64,000 bases of DNA from Owenweeksia sp. (GCA_048267305.1 JBLWXT010000011.1:65453-129452), one strand, 5' to 3'; positions 40,213 through 49,990 are shown, counted from the first letter of the stretch. Translations and numbers: made by a program. The notes: generated by a model from the letters alone, not told the origin.

Positions 40213-40326
40213 GACTTATCCAGAAAGACTGAGGGAATGGGCCCTATGACGTCTTAGCAACCCGGGCTGGCCGGGTGCTAACTCCTACTCCGTTAAGGAT
40301 CGCAAGATCTGGAGATAGATAAAGTG
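40213..40326 (+). promoter_or_regulatory. SAM-I (S-box) riboswitch
   Basis: CTTATCCAGAAAG..TGAGGGAATGGGCCCTATGACGTC.TAGCAACC.GGG..CCGGGTGCTAACTCC....GAGATAGATAAAG matches the conserved S-box cores (P1 CTTATC/GATAAG, GAGGGA..GGCCC.ATGA, GCAACC, GGTGCTAA.TCC). It ends 62 nt upstream of metH. Confidence 0.9.
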
Positions 40327-40387
40327 TGTTCGTAAAACAATCCTTTATAAAAGAAATCTGGTAAGTCATAGCTTAAAAGTTTAAACT

Positions 40388-41434
40388 ATGACAAAATCAC
40401 TATTGGCCGAAGAGGCTAAAAAAAGAATCCTTGTTTTGGATGGCGCCATGGGCACCATGATACAAGGTTACAAGCTTAAAGAGGAAGATTATCGCGGTGA
40501 GCGATTTAAGGATTACCCAAGTGATCTTAAAGGTAATAACGATCTTCTTTCCATCACTCAGCAACAGATTATTAAAGACATTCATGCCGCTTACTTTGAA
40601 GCTGGTGCTGATATTGTTGAAACCAATACTTTCAACAGTACACGTATTTCCATGGCGGATTATGATATGGAAGATTTGGTGCCCGAACTCAATTATGAGG
40701 CCGCCCGTATTGCCAGGGAAGTGGCGGATGAGTTTACTGCGAGAGAGCCCGAAAAGCCCCGGTTTGTAATTGGTTCCATGGGCCCTACCAATAAAACCGC
40801 CAGTCTTTCGCCTGATGTAAATAACCCTGGTTATCGCGCTATTGACTTTGATACACTGGCCACCAATTATACAGAGCAGGCACGAGCTTTAATTGATGGA
40901 GGGGTTGATGGACTACTCATTGAAACTGTATTTGACACCCTCAATGCCAAAGCCGCCCTCTTTGCCGTAATGGCCTTGTTTGATGAAATCGGAAGGGAAC
41001 TGCCCATTATGGTTTCGGGAACTATAACCGATGCCAGCGGACGAACCCTAAGCGGACAAACTGCCGAAGCATTCCTTATTAGTATTTCACATGCTCCCTT
41101 ATTTTCAGTAGGACTGAATTGTGCCTTGGGAGCTTCACAACTTCGTCCGTATTTACAGGTTTTATCCCGCAATAGCGGATTTAATATTAGCGCCCACCCC
41201 AATGCGGGCTTACCTAATGCCTTTGGAGAATATGATGAAACTCCCGAAAAAATGGCCGCTCAAATAAAGGAATATCTGGATTTGGGTTTGGTGAATGTTA
41301 TTGGTGGTTGTTGTGGTACAGGGCCGGAGCATATTAGGGCAATAGCAGATTTGGTTAAGGAGTATGAGCCGAGGAAGGCAAATAGTCCTCAGTCGATAGA
41401 CCACAGTACGGAGACGACAGTGTTTAATTCATAG
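40388..41434 (+). CDS. metH: Methionine synthase N-terminal fragment (homocysteine S-methyltransferase domain)
   Basis: 348 aa with the Hcy-binding barrel ([29 protein letters not shown]). The last ~17 aa ([17 protein letters not shown]) are not MetH-like. Confidence 0.92.
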   Translation: MTKSLLAEEAKKRILVLDGAMGTMIQGYKLKEEDYRGERFKDYPSDLKGNNDLLSITQQQIIKDIHAAYFEAGADIVETNTFNSTRISMADYDMEDLVPELNYEAARIAREVADEFTAREPEKPRFVIGSMGPTNKTASLSPDVNNPGYRAIDFDTLATNYTEQARALIDGGVDGLLIETVFDTLNAKAALFAVMALFDEIGRELPIMVSGTITDASGRTLSGQTAEAFLISISHAPLFSVGLNCALGASQLRPYLQVLSRNSGFNISAHPNAGLPNAFGEYDETPEKMAAQIKEYLDLGLVNVIGGCCGTGPEHIRAIADLVKEYEPRKANSPQSIDHSTETTVFNS

Positions 41435-41482
41435 GGGAGTGCCCAACGAGAATATTAAATAATAACTCAAAAACAGTTTACT

Positions 41483-41812
41483 ATGGCTTTTAAATTCGAA
41501 AACCTGATTGCATGGCAAAAGTCCCTTGATTTCACTTTGGATGTGCATAACCTTACCGGAAAATTTCCAACGGAGGAGAAGTACATTCTCACTTCGCAAA
41601 TAAAGAGAGCTGCAGATTCAATAAACTTAAATGTTGCTGAAGGGTCTACCGGTCAGAGCGATAAGCAGTTTTTATCATTTTTGGGCTACGCCATTCGTTC
41701 GGGTATCGAAGTAGTCTCTTGTCTCTACACCGCTCACAAAAGGGAATTGATTAATGACGAGGAATTTAGAAAAATGTATAACAAAGCAGAAGAGGTGATT
41801 AAGATTATTTAA
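41483..41812 (+). CDS. Four-helix-bundle protein (23S rRNA intervening-sequence protein / Avd-like family)
   Basis: 109 aa with FENLIAWQKS, FPTEEKYILTSQIKRAADSINLNVAEGS and FLSFLGYAIRSGIEV, which are typical of the family. The codons in frame after the TAA (GLRNSVKAD) look like the usual C-terminus, so the stop may be slightly premature. Confidence 0.85.
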   Translation: MAFKFENLIAWQKSLDFTLDVHNLTGKFPTEEKYILTSQIKRAADSINLNVAEGSTGQSDKQFLSFLGYAIRSGIEVVSCLYTAHKRELINDEEFRKMYNKAEEVIKII

Positions 41813-41839
41813 GGACTTAGAAACTCGGTAAAGGCTGAT

Positions 41840-42003
41840 TAGTCAACAGTGAATAGACCACAGTCAACAGCGTTTGGCTAATTGGTAGGACTGTGGACTA
41901 TAGGCTATGGACTGAAATCTACCAGCTATAAAACAAAAATGAAACGTATCAAACAATCCACAAAGTGCCGCAAACTATGGACAGTGGACTATTGACTATA
42001 AGC
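41840..42003. repeat. Cluster of the 12-nt motif TAGWCCACWGTC in direct and inverted orientation (a further copy lies at 41397-41408)
   Basis: The copies are tagaccacagta 41397-41408 (+), tagaccacagtc 41854-41865 (+), gactgtggacta 41889-41900 (inverted) and gacagtggacta 41980-41991 (inverted). Flanking words are also shared (tagtcaaCagt / tagtcaaTagt; ctatggac occurs twice). Confidence 0.8.
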
Positions 42004-42011
42004 TTGTTGAA

Positions 42012-44663
42012 ATGAAACTATCAGGACTAGAACCTTTAATTATAACCTCTGCGGCCAACTTTGTAAATGTGGGCGAACGTACCAATGTTACAGGTTCGCG
42101 CATGTTTTTGCGCTTAATTAAGGAAGATAAATATGATGAGGCCCTTGCGGTAGCCCGTGATCAGGTGGAAGGCGGTGCACAGGTGATTGACATCAATATG
42201 GATGAAGGAATGCTGGATGGTAAAGAGGCCATGGTGAAATTCCTCAATTTGATTGCAGCCGAGCCGGATATTTCACGGGTGCCAATCATGATTGATTCCT
42301 CTAAATGGGAAATCATTGAAGCAGGGTTGAAATGTGTACAGGGTAAGGCCATCGTAAACTCCATCAGCATGAAGGGTGGTGTGGATGAATTTCTGCGCCA
42401 AGCCAAACTGGTAAAGCGATATGGCGCTGCAGTAATTGTTATGGCTTTTGATGAAGACGGTCAGGCCGATAACTACCAAAGAAGGATAGATATATGTAAA
42501 CGCTCTTATGACCTTCTGGTAAATGAAATAAACTTTCCTAAGGAGGATATCATTTTTGATCCCAATATATTTCCCGTGGCAACGGGCATTGAGGAGCACC
42601 GCAGAAATGCCATTGACTTTTTTGAGGCCACAAAATGGATAAAGGAAAACCTGCCGGGAGCTAAAGTGAGCGGAGGGGTAAGTAATGTATCCTTTAGCTT
42701 TCGCGGAAATCAGTCGGTGCGCGAAGCCATGCATGCCGCCTTTTTGTATCACGCCATTAAGAATGGGATGGACATGGGTATTGTAAACCCTGCACTACTG
42801 GAGGTTTATGCTGAGGTTCCAAAGGATTTGATGGAAAGGGTAGAGGATGTTTTACTGGATAGAAGGGATGATGCTACTGAGCGGCTCTTGGATTTTGCTG
42901 AAAACTTTGTGGGAGAAACCAAAACCCGCGAAAAGGATACCGCCTGGCGCGATGAACCTGTGGCAAAGCGGATTGAACACGCACTGGTAAAGGGAGTGGT
43001 GGATTTTATAGAGGAGGATGCCGAGGAAGCCCGTCAGCAGTTCGCCACCCCGTTGGAGGTAATTGAAGGCCCACTGATGGATGGGATGAATGTAGTGGGC
43101 GATCTGTTTGGATCGGGAAAGATGTTTTTGCCACAGGTGGTTAAATCTGCCAGAGTGATGAAAAAAGCTGTGGCTTACCTGCAACCTTATCTGGAGGCCG
43201 AAAAACTCAAAAATGCCGACACCAGCAAGAAGGGGAAAATCCTTCTGGCCACTGTAAAGGGGGATGTTCACGACATCGGTAAAAACATAGTAGGAGTGGT
43301 ATTGGCTTGCAACAATTTTGATATTGTGGACCTTGGAGTGATGGTACCTCTGGAAAAAATTCTGGCGACAGCCAAGGCAGAAGGAGTGGATGCCATTGGC
43401 CTTAGTGGCCTTATTACACCATCACTTGATGAAATGATTTATGTAGCTCAGGAAATGGAACGTCAGCAAATGACAATGCCACTGATGATTGGCGGAGCAA
43501 CTACTTCCAGGGCGCATACTGCCGTGAAGATTTTCCCGGAATATTCAGGAATAGCCGTTCATGTGAATGATGCCAGCCGCAGTGTGCCTATTGCTCAAAC
43601 ATTGAGCAACAAGGCCTCACATGCCGATTTTAAGAAAAACCTTGTTGCTGAATATACCAAGCTTCGCGATGGCTATTTAAAGAAAGGCGATACCAGGGAA
43701 TACTTAAGCATTGAAGATGCCAGAGCCAATAAATCAGTTTTGGAGTTTAATGAACAAACCGTTTCCAAACCTGATTTCTTAGGTGTTAGGAAATTGGAGA
43801 ATCTGGATTTAGGTGAAATAAGAAAGTATATAGACTGGACCCCATTTTTCCAGACGTGGGAGTTACATGGCAAATACCCCAAAATTTTGGAAGATAGTGT
43901 GGTAGGGGAGCAGGCTACTCTTCTTTTTAATGAGGCCAACCAAATGTTGGATGAAATCATCCGCAACAAAAGTTTGAAGGCAAGTGCTGTTTTTGGAATT
44001 TGGGAGGCAAATTCAATTGGTGATGACATTGAGCTTTTTGAAAATGGTGAACACTTTGAAACTTTCAGAACGCTGCGCCAGCAAACCAAAAAAGCAGCTA
44101 CAGCGCCTAATCAGGCCTTAAGCGATTTTGTGGCTCCTGCCGAAAGTGGAATAACAGATTATGTAGGTTGCTTTGCCGTTACTGCCGGTATTGGTACGGA
44201 TAAACTGGTGGCCAAATACAAAGCAGATCTAGATGACTATAAAGCCATAATGGTTCAGGCTTTGGCCGATCGGTTGGCGGAAGCAACAGCGGAATGGTTG
44301 CATTATGAAGTGAGGACAAAGTACTGGGGCTATGCTAAAGGAGAGCATCTGGAAAGTGAAGAGCTTATCAAAGAAAAGTATCGAGGAATTCGTCCGGCAC
44401 CGGGTTATCCCGCTTGCCCTGATCACTTGGAAAAGAAAACCATTTTTAAACTGTTGGATGCAGAAAAAGCAGGAATCACCTTGACGGAAAGTCTGGCTAT
44501 GTTCCCGGCTTCCTCGGTTTCCGGCTACTACTTTGCCCACCCTGATTCTAAATATTTTGGTTTGGGAAAAATTGGAAAAGACCAGGTGGAAGATTTTGCA
44601 GAAAGGAAGGGAATGGACTTTAAGGATGCGGAAAGGTGGTTGAGGCCAACTTTGAATTATTAG
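42012..44663 (+). CDS. metH: Methionine synthase C-terminal fragment (pterin-binding, B12-binding and AdoMet-activation domains)
   Basis: 883 aa. It starts [22 protein letters not shown], has the B12 motif [11 protein letters not shown] and the C-terminal activation domain ..[14 protein letters not shown]... Confidence 0.95.
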   Translation: MKLSGLEPLIITSAANFVNVGERTNVTGSRMFLRLIKEDKYDEALAVARDQVEGGAQVIDINMDEGMLDGKEAMVKFLNLIAAEPDISRVPIMIDSSKWEIIEAGLKCVQGKAIVNSISMKGGVDEFLRQAKLVKRYGAAVIVMAFDEDGQADNYQRRIDICKRSYDLLVNEINFPKEDIIFDPNIFPVATGIEEHRRNAIDFFEATKWIKENLPGAKVSGGVSNVSFSFRGNQSVREAMHAAFLYHAIKNGMDMGIVNPALLEVYAEVPKDLMERVEDVLLDRRDDATERLLDFAENFVGETKTREKDTAWRDEPVAKRIEHALVKGVVDFIEEDAEEARQQFATPLEVIEGPLMDGMNVVGDLFGSGKMFLPQVVKSARVMKKAVAYLQPYLEAEKLKNADTSKKGKILLATVKGDVHDIGKNIVGVVLACNNFDIVDLGVMVPLEKILATAKAEGVDAIGLSGLITPSLDEMIYVAQEMERQQMTMPLMIGGATTSRAHTAVKIFPEYSGIAVHVNDASRSVPIAQTLSNKASHADFKKNLVAEYTKLRDGYLKKGDTREYLSIEDARANKSVLEFNEQTVSKPDFLGVRKLENLDLGEIRKYIDWTPFFQTWELHGKYPKILEDSVVGEQATLLFNEANQMLDEIIRNKSLKASAVFGIWEANSIGDDIELFENGEHFETFRTLRQQTKKAATAPNQALSDFVAPAESGITDYVGCFAVTAGIGTDKLVAKYKADLDDYKAIMVQALADRLAEATAEWLHYEVRTKYWGYAKGEHLESEELIKEKYRGIRPAPGYPACPDHLEKKTIFKLLDAEKAGITLTESLAMFPASSVSGYYFAHPDSKYFGLGKIGKDQVEDFAERKGMDFKDAERWLRPTLNY

Positions 44664-45014
44664 GAAGCGGAGTACGAACGAAAAAGTGTACTTAAGATCT
44701 GAGGCCCCAGAAGAAGGCCCTAAGTTGGGGTGGGTTACCCGGATAATAGAAAATACAGTTGTGAAATTTATTTCAACCTTAATCCCGAAGCCTAATCCGG
44801 ATTTTGAAGACTTATTTGAGGAGGTGAAGTATTGGAAATAGAGATTGATTTGACGGATAATATAGCCGTAAGAGAAATAGGATTTAATAAAGTAGGAGCA
44901 GCAATTGTAGGAATGCCATTTGGCCAGAATTATGGCTTTTGGACGGATACCCAATTAACATATGATGACTACAAGACTTTCAAAAGCATTGAACTAACGT
45001 ATAAGGAATTTTAA
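44656..45014 (+). pseudogene. Frameshifted small ORF remnant (about 115 codons when joined)
   Basis: Frame 1 is open over 44656-44841 (...IENTVVKFISTLIPKPNPDFEDLFEEVKYWK*). Frame 3 continues over 44832-45014 (EIEIDLTDNIAV...). Adding one A to the AAA at 44836-44838 joins them as ..YWKIEIDL... The upstream part has no ATG. Confidence 0.3.
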
Positions 45015-45251
45015 AATTACTGGAGTGAGTTTTTAAATAGGATGAAACTTAAGAAAATATAGAGTAAAGACCCCAGCGGGGTCACATATTAATAACCCCG
45101 TGCGTTAGCGCGGGGCTTCCATAACAACCACCCGCTAAATTTTGGCGTGTGTTTTTTGAAGAAAAACCAGGACAAAATTTACAACCCGAACTAATAACCA
45201 ACAACTAGGAAACCAAATCTCAAATTTTCCTTTTTAAATATTAAATAGACG

Positions 45252-46205
45252 ATGAAAGTAATAGACCATATAAACAACGCTAAGGAAACGATCTTCTCTT
45301 TTGAAATCCTTCCCCCCCTTAAGGGGCAAAACATAAAGGAAATCTACGAAACCATTGATGCCTTAATCGATTTTAAGCCTCCGTTTGTAAACGTAACCTA
45401 CCATCGTGAAGAAGTGGTGTATAAGCGTCATAACAGTGGTTTACTGGAACAAAAGACGATTAAGAAACGCCCGGGTACGGTAGGGATTTGTGCGGCTATT
45501 CAGAATAAGTACCACATTGATGCAGTGCCTCATATTTTATGCGGAGGGTTTACTAAAGAGGATACCGAAAATGCATTGATAGATTTAGACTTTTTGGGAA
45601 TTGAAAATGTGCTGGCCTTGCGGGGTGACTCCATAAAGGGCGAAACCTATTTTGTTCCTGAAAAGGATGGGCACAAGTATGCCTGTGATTTGGTGGGGCA
45701 GATAAAAAACATGAACGAGGGAAAGTATCTTGATGAAGAGCTACAAAATAATGACCCCACTGGGTTTTGCATTGGAGTTGCTGGTTATCCCGAAAAGCAC
45801 TTTGAAGCACCAAGTATAAACAATGATATTCAATGGCTGCAAAAGAAAATTGATGCAGGCGCAGAGTACATCATTACACAGTTGTTTTTTGATAACCAGA
45901 AGTACTTTGATTATGTTGAAAAGTGCAGAAAGGCGGGCATAAATGTGCCTATTATTCCTGGTATAAAACCTATAGCCACTAAAAAACACCTTAGTGTACT
46001 ACCTCACTTTTTTCATGTGGATTTACCGGATGATTTGGTAAAGGCAATTGTGGATTGTAAAGATAACAAGGCTGTACGTCAGGTAGGAATAGAATGGGCC
46101 ATTGAACAAAGCAAGGAGCTTAAGGCAGCTGGTGTTCCTGTGCTTCATTATTACTCTATGGGTAAGGTTGATAACATACAGAAAATTGCGAGTGCCGTGT
46201 TTTAA
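45252..46205 (+). CDS. metF: 5,10-methylenetetrahydrofolate reductase
   Basis: 317 aa with FSFEILPP, LRGD and ITQLFFD. Confidence 0.93.
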   Translation: MKVIDHINNAKETIFSFEILPPLKGQNIKEIYETIDALIDFKPPFVNVTYHREEVVYKRHNSGLLEQKTIKKRPGTVGICAAIQNKYHIDAVPHILCGGFTKEDTENALIDLDFLGIENVLALRGDSIKGETYFVPEKDGHKYACDLVGQIKNMNEGKYLDEELQNNDPTGFCIGVAGYPEKHFEAPSINNDIQWLQKKIDAGAEYIITQLFFDNQKYFDYVEKCRKAGINVPIIPGIKPIATKKHLSVLPHFFHVDLPDDLVKAIVDCKDNKAVRQVGIEWAIEQSKELKAAGVPVLHYYSMGKVDNIQKIASAVF

Positions 46206-46208
46206 ATC

Positions 46209-46238
46209 AAAAAAAGGGGCCGATTGGCCCCTTTTTTA
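46209..46238. terminator. Bidirectional terminator between metF and the convergent LruC-like gene
   Basis: A7-GGGGCC-GATT-GGCCCC-T6. Confidence 0.85.
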
Positions 46239-46253
46239 ATAGTTTATGTTCTC

Positions 46254-47972
46254 TTAAAGAAGTTCAAATATCTTGCTCAAAGCTGGAGATTGTATCCAGT
46301 TAATGGCACTGTTTCCTCCATTTTCTGCCCACTGCTGAAATAGTGGATAAGCAACAAGTATATCCACTTTTTCATTGGGATGTTTAAAGCTTTTGTCAGA
46401 GGTTATAACTTCTACAGCCCAAGGCAGACCTGATGCAGTATTGTAAGTTCCGTTTACGTCCATACTGGTGTTGTACAGGGCTACATCTGCTACCGCACTG
46501 CCATAGTACCCATCCAGGTGCGTTTCGCGTCCTCTTTCATCTGTGCGGTAAATATAAATATCCGGCATGATAGTTTGAACAGAAGAATTAGAGGCAAAGG
46601 TTACGGTAAAGGTAAATACGTCTGGAGTTTTGCTTGGGCCTGCACCATTATTGGTGTAGTACTCACTTTGAGCAGCCTTTGCATCGTTAAATACAATTAT
46701 TCCATTTACGTTATCCGGATCAGCCTTGGCGTCTCCTGTAATGGAAGAGATGATATTACCTGAGAAGTTTTGTTTACTGGAGTTAAGTAATCTAATGGCC
46801 AATCCGCTGGAAGCTCCGGCACCCATGGCATCCAAACTAATTTCAAAAGTAGCATCTACCTTCTCGTTGTTAGCATCTGCACTATAGGTAATTTTAGTAC
46901 TTATCACCATGTCGTTGAAATCAAAATCACCCTGAGCTGGCCATAGGTCTTCAAAGGCTAATGTTTGGTATCCTGCCGTTGGAAAGTAGGATTGATAGGC
47001 TCTGGAAGCATCATTTGGATAGTCATCATCACCATCGGCCACGCCATCGTTATCGGCATCTATTATGGCAGAATTTGTTTCAAAATGCACGTTATCAATC
47101 CAGCCTTTATCCTTTGCATACATTGAAATTTCTGCATAGCTCACCCCAGCAGGAACAACGCCTTCACCATTTATGGTACTGCCATTTCTGTAATAGTAAT
47201 TATAACCCAAAATTGTGGTTCCATCTGAGTGATACCAGAATATGTACGCTCGCGTAGTTCCATTAGCATCACTCTGAAAGGCAAAACTATCTGCAGCAGT
47301 AACACTCACTGACTGATAGATATAGTTGGATTTGTTGTTTTTTGCTTTTACCACCTTACTTCCGTTTTCAGTACTATGAGTAAAGTTGTCGTTATACTTA
47401 TACCACTGGCCATCATCCGCTAAGGAAGTAACAGTAGATTGAGATGGTCTATAATTAAAGCTATTAATCTCAAGGTCACTATTAGAAAGCAGATTAGTAC
47501 CCGTAACCCTACCTATGCCTTGGGTAGATTTTTTACCCACTTCAAAAGTCGGACGGTTGTTTATTATTTCAGTATCCTCAAATAGATCCGAATATAGCTT
47601 GAAGCTTAAGTTACCAGTTTGAGTGATTTTCTTAGAGTCTCCTGTGGCAGGATAGTATAAGTAGTAGGATTCACCAACCGCTGGGAGTGTAATGTTAAAG
47701 TGTGCCTGATTGTTGTACACCTTCTTTTGATCCAGCCTGTTACCATTTTCAGTAATAATCCATACCGATTGCCCTTCTGTCTCCAGTTTTGGATCATGCT
47801 GAAGGGTGACGGTAGTATTACCTTTTACACTGCTGCTCCAGTTGAAATTTTCAGAGATGTTGAGTTCACCAAGATTGGTAAGTCCGGGTGGGTTTTGATT
47901 GGATGAATCATTGTTCTTAGAGCATGAGATAGCAAGAACTATCCCTGCTGCCAACAGCATTGATTTTTTCAT
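46254..47972 (-). CDS. LruC/DUF4842-domain lipoprotein with a thrombospondin-type-3-like Ca-binding repeat (paralog 1)
   Basis: 572 aa with a lipobox (LAISC). It has DADNDGVADGDDDYPND followed by LAFEDLWPAQGDFDFNDMVI, and is collinear with the neighbouring paralog. Confidence 0.8.
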   Translation of the reverse strand: MKKSMLLAAGIVLAISCSKNNDSSNQNPPGLTNLGELNISENFNWSSSVKGNTTVTLQHDPKLETEGQSVWIITENGNRLDQKKVYNNQAHFNITLPAVGESYYLYYPATGDSKKITQTGNLSFKLYSDLFEDTEIINNRPTFEVGKKSTQGIGRVTGTNLLSNSDLEINSFNYRPSQSTVTSLADDGQWYKYNDNFTHSTENGSKVVKAKNNKSNYIYQSVSVTAADSFAFQSDANGTTRAYIFWYHSDGTTILGYNYYYRNGSTINGEGVVPAGVSYAEISMYAKDKGWIDNVHFETNSAIIDADNDGVADGDDDYPNDASRAYQSYFPTAGYQTLAFEDLWPAQGDFDFNDMVISTKITYSADANNEKVDATFEISLDAMGAGASSGLAIRLLNSSKQNFSGNIISSITGDAKADPDNVNGIIVFNDAKAAQSEYYTNNGAGPSKTPDVFTFTVTFASNSSVQTIMPDIYIYRTDERGRETHLDGYYGSAVADVALYNTSMDVNGTYNTASGLPWAVEVITSDKSFKHPNEKVDILVAYPLFQQWAENGGNSAINWIQSPALSKIFELL

Positions 47973-48004
47973 GACGTGAGTTTTTAGTTATAGAGTTTCA
48001 ATAA

Positions 48005-48021
48005 TTCCTGTAATTCAGGAA
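48005..48021. promoter_or_regulatory. Palindrome TTCCTGTAATTCAGGAA (candidate operator) upstream of LruC paralog 1
   Basis: Perfect 6+6 inverted repeat, 33-49 nt upstream of the ATG and immediately downstream of the -7 box. A near-identical site precedes paralog 2. Confidence 0.4.
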
Positions 48022-48026
48022 CTCGA

Positions 48027-48034
48027 CAAATATA
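48027..48034 (-). promoter_or_regulatory. Candidate -7 promoter box (TATATTTG) for LruC paralog 1
   Basis: Exact TAnnTTTG, 55-62 nt upstream of the ATG. Confidence 0.4.
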
Positions 48035-48149
48035 CACGAACCCACGTAATTATCTGTAAATCAATAAGTAAAAGTGCTTTATCCTGATTTAGGTGTGGAT
48101 TAATTGGAAGAGTAAAAAGCTGGGGAATAGGATTTTGAGTTAAAACCAA

Positions 48150-48187
48150 AAAGAAAAGGGTACACTTAAAAATGTACCCTTTTCTTA
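48150..48187 (-). terminator. Rho-independent terminator after LruC paralog 2
   Basis: AAGGGTACA-loop-TGTACCCTT flanked by A-rich and T-rich runs. Confidence 0.8.
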
Positions 48188-48204
48188 CTCTCTACTCTGA
48201 ACAA

Positions 48205-49911
48205 CTATTTAATTGTGTAAAGCTTTTCTGCTTTTCCAAGCAGCATCCAGCCTATATATCTCTTGCCATTGCTTTGTGCCCAGGCTTTAAATTTAGGGTA
48301 AGCTTCACCCATATCCACTTTTTCTATTGGGTGATGGAAATATTCTGCATCGGGGCTTACAACTTCCACTACCCATGGCAGGCCATTAGCAGTTCTGTAA
48401 TTCCCATTGTCACTATCAGTACCTATTAGTGCGTTGTCGGCAGCTGCGGTAGCAGGAAAACCACTTTGATGTATTTCTCTGCCTCTTTCACCTGTTCTGT
48501 ATATATAAAAGTCTGGTAAAATATATTGAGAACCCGCGTTACTGTTGAACGTTATGGTGAAGGTGAAGGTTTGTGGTGCTCCGCTTGGTCCAAAGCCGTT
48601 GTTATTATAAAAAGGCTTTAGAGCTTTTCTGTCATCGTTAAAAACAACAATACCATTATTAACATCTGGGTCTAATGCTGCGCTACTTCCGCTAAGAGCT
48701 GAAATGATGTTGGTATTGAAGGGTTGCTTGTCTGCCTGAAGAAGGTGAATACCCAAACCGCTGGATAGACCAGCTCCTAATCCAAGAACCTTAACGTTTA
48801 CAATGGCATCTACAAGCTTATTGTCTGCATCTTTTCTAAACTCAACGGTGTTTTCAATTACCAGGTCATTAAAGTCATAATCTCCGGTTGCAGGCCATAA
48901 ATCCTCAAAGGCCAATATTTGCTTACCGATGGTTGGGAATGAAGTTTTGTAGGCTCTTAATGGATCATTAGGAAAAGCATCTTTTCTGTTTGGAACACCA
49001 TCGCCATCATCATCAGGCTCTACGGTTTCTACCAAACTAACGTTATCCAGCCATGCACCCTGAGCACAAAAGCCAAATAGTTGAATGAACCTAACAGTAG
49101 GTGAAGTTATAAAGTTGGTGTGGCCTGTGTTTCCCGAGGTATAAACTGTGTTGTACCCAATGAATGACCTGTTGATATCGTATAGCAAAACGAAGAAACC
49201 TCCGTTCCCTGCAAAATCATATTCAAAATCGAACATATAATTTCCGTCAACTGCAAATCCCTGTAGTATATCCGCTTTATTGCCAGGACTGTTAGAGGTA
49301 AAAACATGGTTTCCGTTTACTGTTGTTGTTGTGGCGTTATTGTCACGGGCATACCATCCGCCTATGGGGCGTAGTTTGGTGTATAGAGCCGTATCCATTG
49401 GGAAGGTTGATGAACTGAAGTCACCATTCTGTACCATGTTGGTGCCTTGAGTTTTGTTTTTTGTACCTGATTTTTTTCCAGGTTGAAAAAGATTTGAAGA
49501 CAAGCCGTCCAGAGAAATATCCTGAAGGTTAAAAACAACCCTTTCAGAAGTGATTTCAACTTTTTCGTTTGTGTTTGGGTAGTAGGCAAAAACTTTCCCT
49601 TCGGTTTGTGGACGACTGATGTTAAAGGCTACAGAGGAATTAGCTACAATCTGCTCATCCAGCAGGTTGCCTTCTTCATCTTGAAGTTCAACAAGCTGCC
49701 CTTCAGTAGTTAAATAGGAAGGAGCATCAATTATAACCTCTACATTACCTTTTATACTGCTAGACCAGTTGAAGGTTTGTGGGATAACCAAATCCGCAAA
49801 TGGAGTGGCATCAGAGGCGTTAAACTGATTGGAAGTGTCTGTTTCCTTAGAACAACTAAGGGCTAATACCGCAACTGCGGTAAGAGTTAAGAATGTGTTT
49901 GATGTTTTCAT
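48205..49911 (-). CDS. LruC/DUF4842-domain lipoprotein (paralog 2)
   Basis: 568 aa with a lipobox (LALSC). It has DDDGDGVPNRKDAFPND followed by LAFEDLWPATGDYDFNDLVI. Confidence 0.8.
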   Translation of the reverse strand: MKTSNTFLTLTAVAVLALSCSKETDTSNQFNASDATPFADLVIPQTFNWSSSIKGNVEVIIDAPSYLTTEGQLVELQDEEGNLLDEQIVANSSVAFNISRPQTEGKVFAYYPNTNEKVEITSERVVFNLQDISLDGLSSNLFQPGKKSGTKNKTQGTNMVQNGDFSSSTFPMDTALYTKLRPIGGWYARDNNATTTTVNGNHVFTSNSPGNKADILQGFAVDGNYMFDFEYDFAGNGGFFVLLYDINRSFIGYNTVYTSGNTGHTNFITSPTVRFIQLFGFCAQGAWLDNVSLVETVEPDDDGDGVPNRKDAFPNDPLRAYKTSFPTIGKQILAFEDLWPATGDYDFNDLVIENTVEFRKDADNKLVDAIVNVKVLGLGAGLSSGLGIHLLQADKQPFNTNIISALSGSSAALDPDVNNGIVVFNDDRKALKPFYNNNGFGPSGAPQTFTFTITFNSNAGSQYILPDFYIYRTGERGREIHQSGFPATAAADNALIGTDSDNGNYRTANGLPWVVEVVSPDAEYFHHPIEKVDMGEAYPKFKAWAQSNGKRYIGWMLLGKAEKLYTIK

Positions 49912-49974
49912 GAGTAGTTGAGTTTCGCCAGTACTATAGAAACTTTAAGGCCAGAGAAAATAAGATACATAAAT

Positions 49975-49990
49975 ATCCTGATATTCAGGT
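49975..49990. promoter_or_regulatory. Palindrome ATCCTGATATTCAGGT (candidate operator) upstream of LruC paralog 2
   Basis: CCTG-N5-CAGG, identical at 12 of 14 positions to the site at 48006-48019. It lies 64-79 nt upstream of the ATG. Confidence 0.35.

Noticed and set aside
42273-43271. Minus-strand ORFs of 159 and 139 aa inside metH(C).
   Set aside because: They are antisense shadow ORFs within a strongly supported coding region.
44229-44954. 241-aa minus-strand ORF overlapping the 3' end of metH and the spacer.
   Set aside because: It is antisense to a very well supported metH coding region. Its translation is low-quality and Phe/Ser/Ile-rich with no motifs, which is typical of a shadow ORF.
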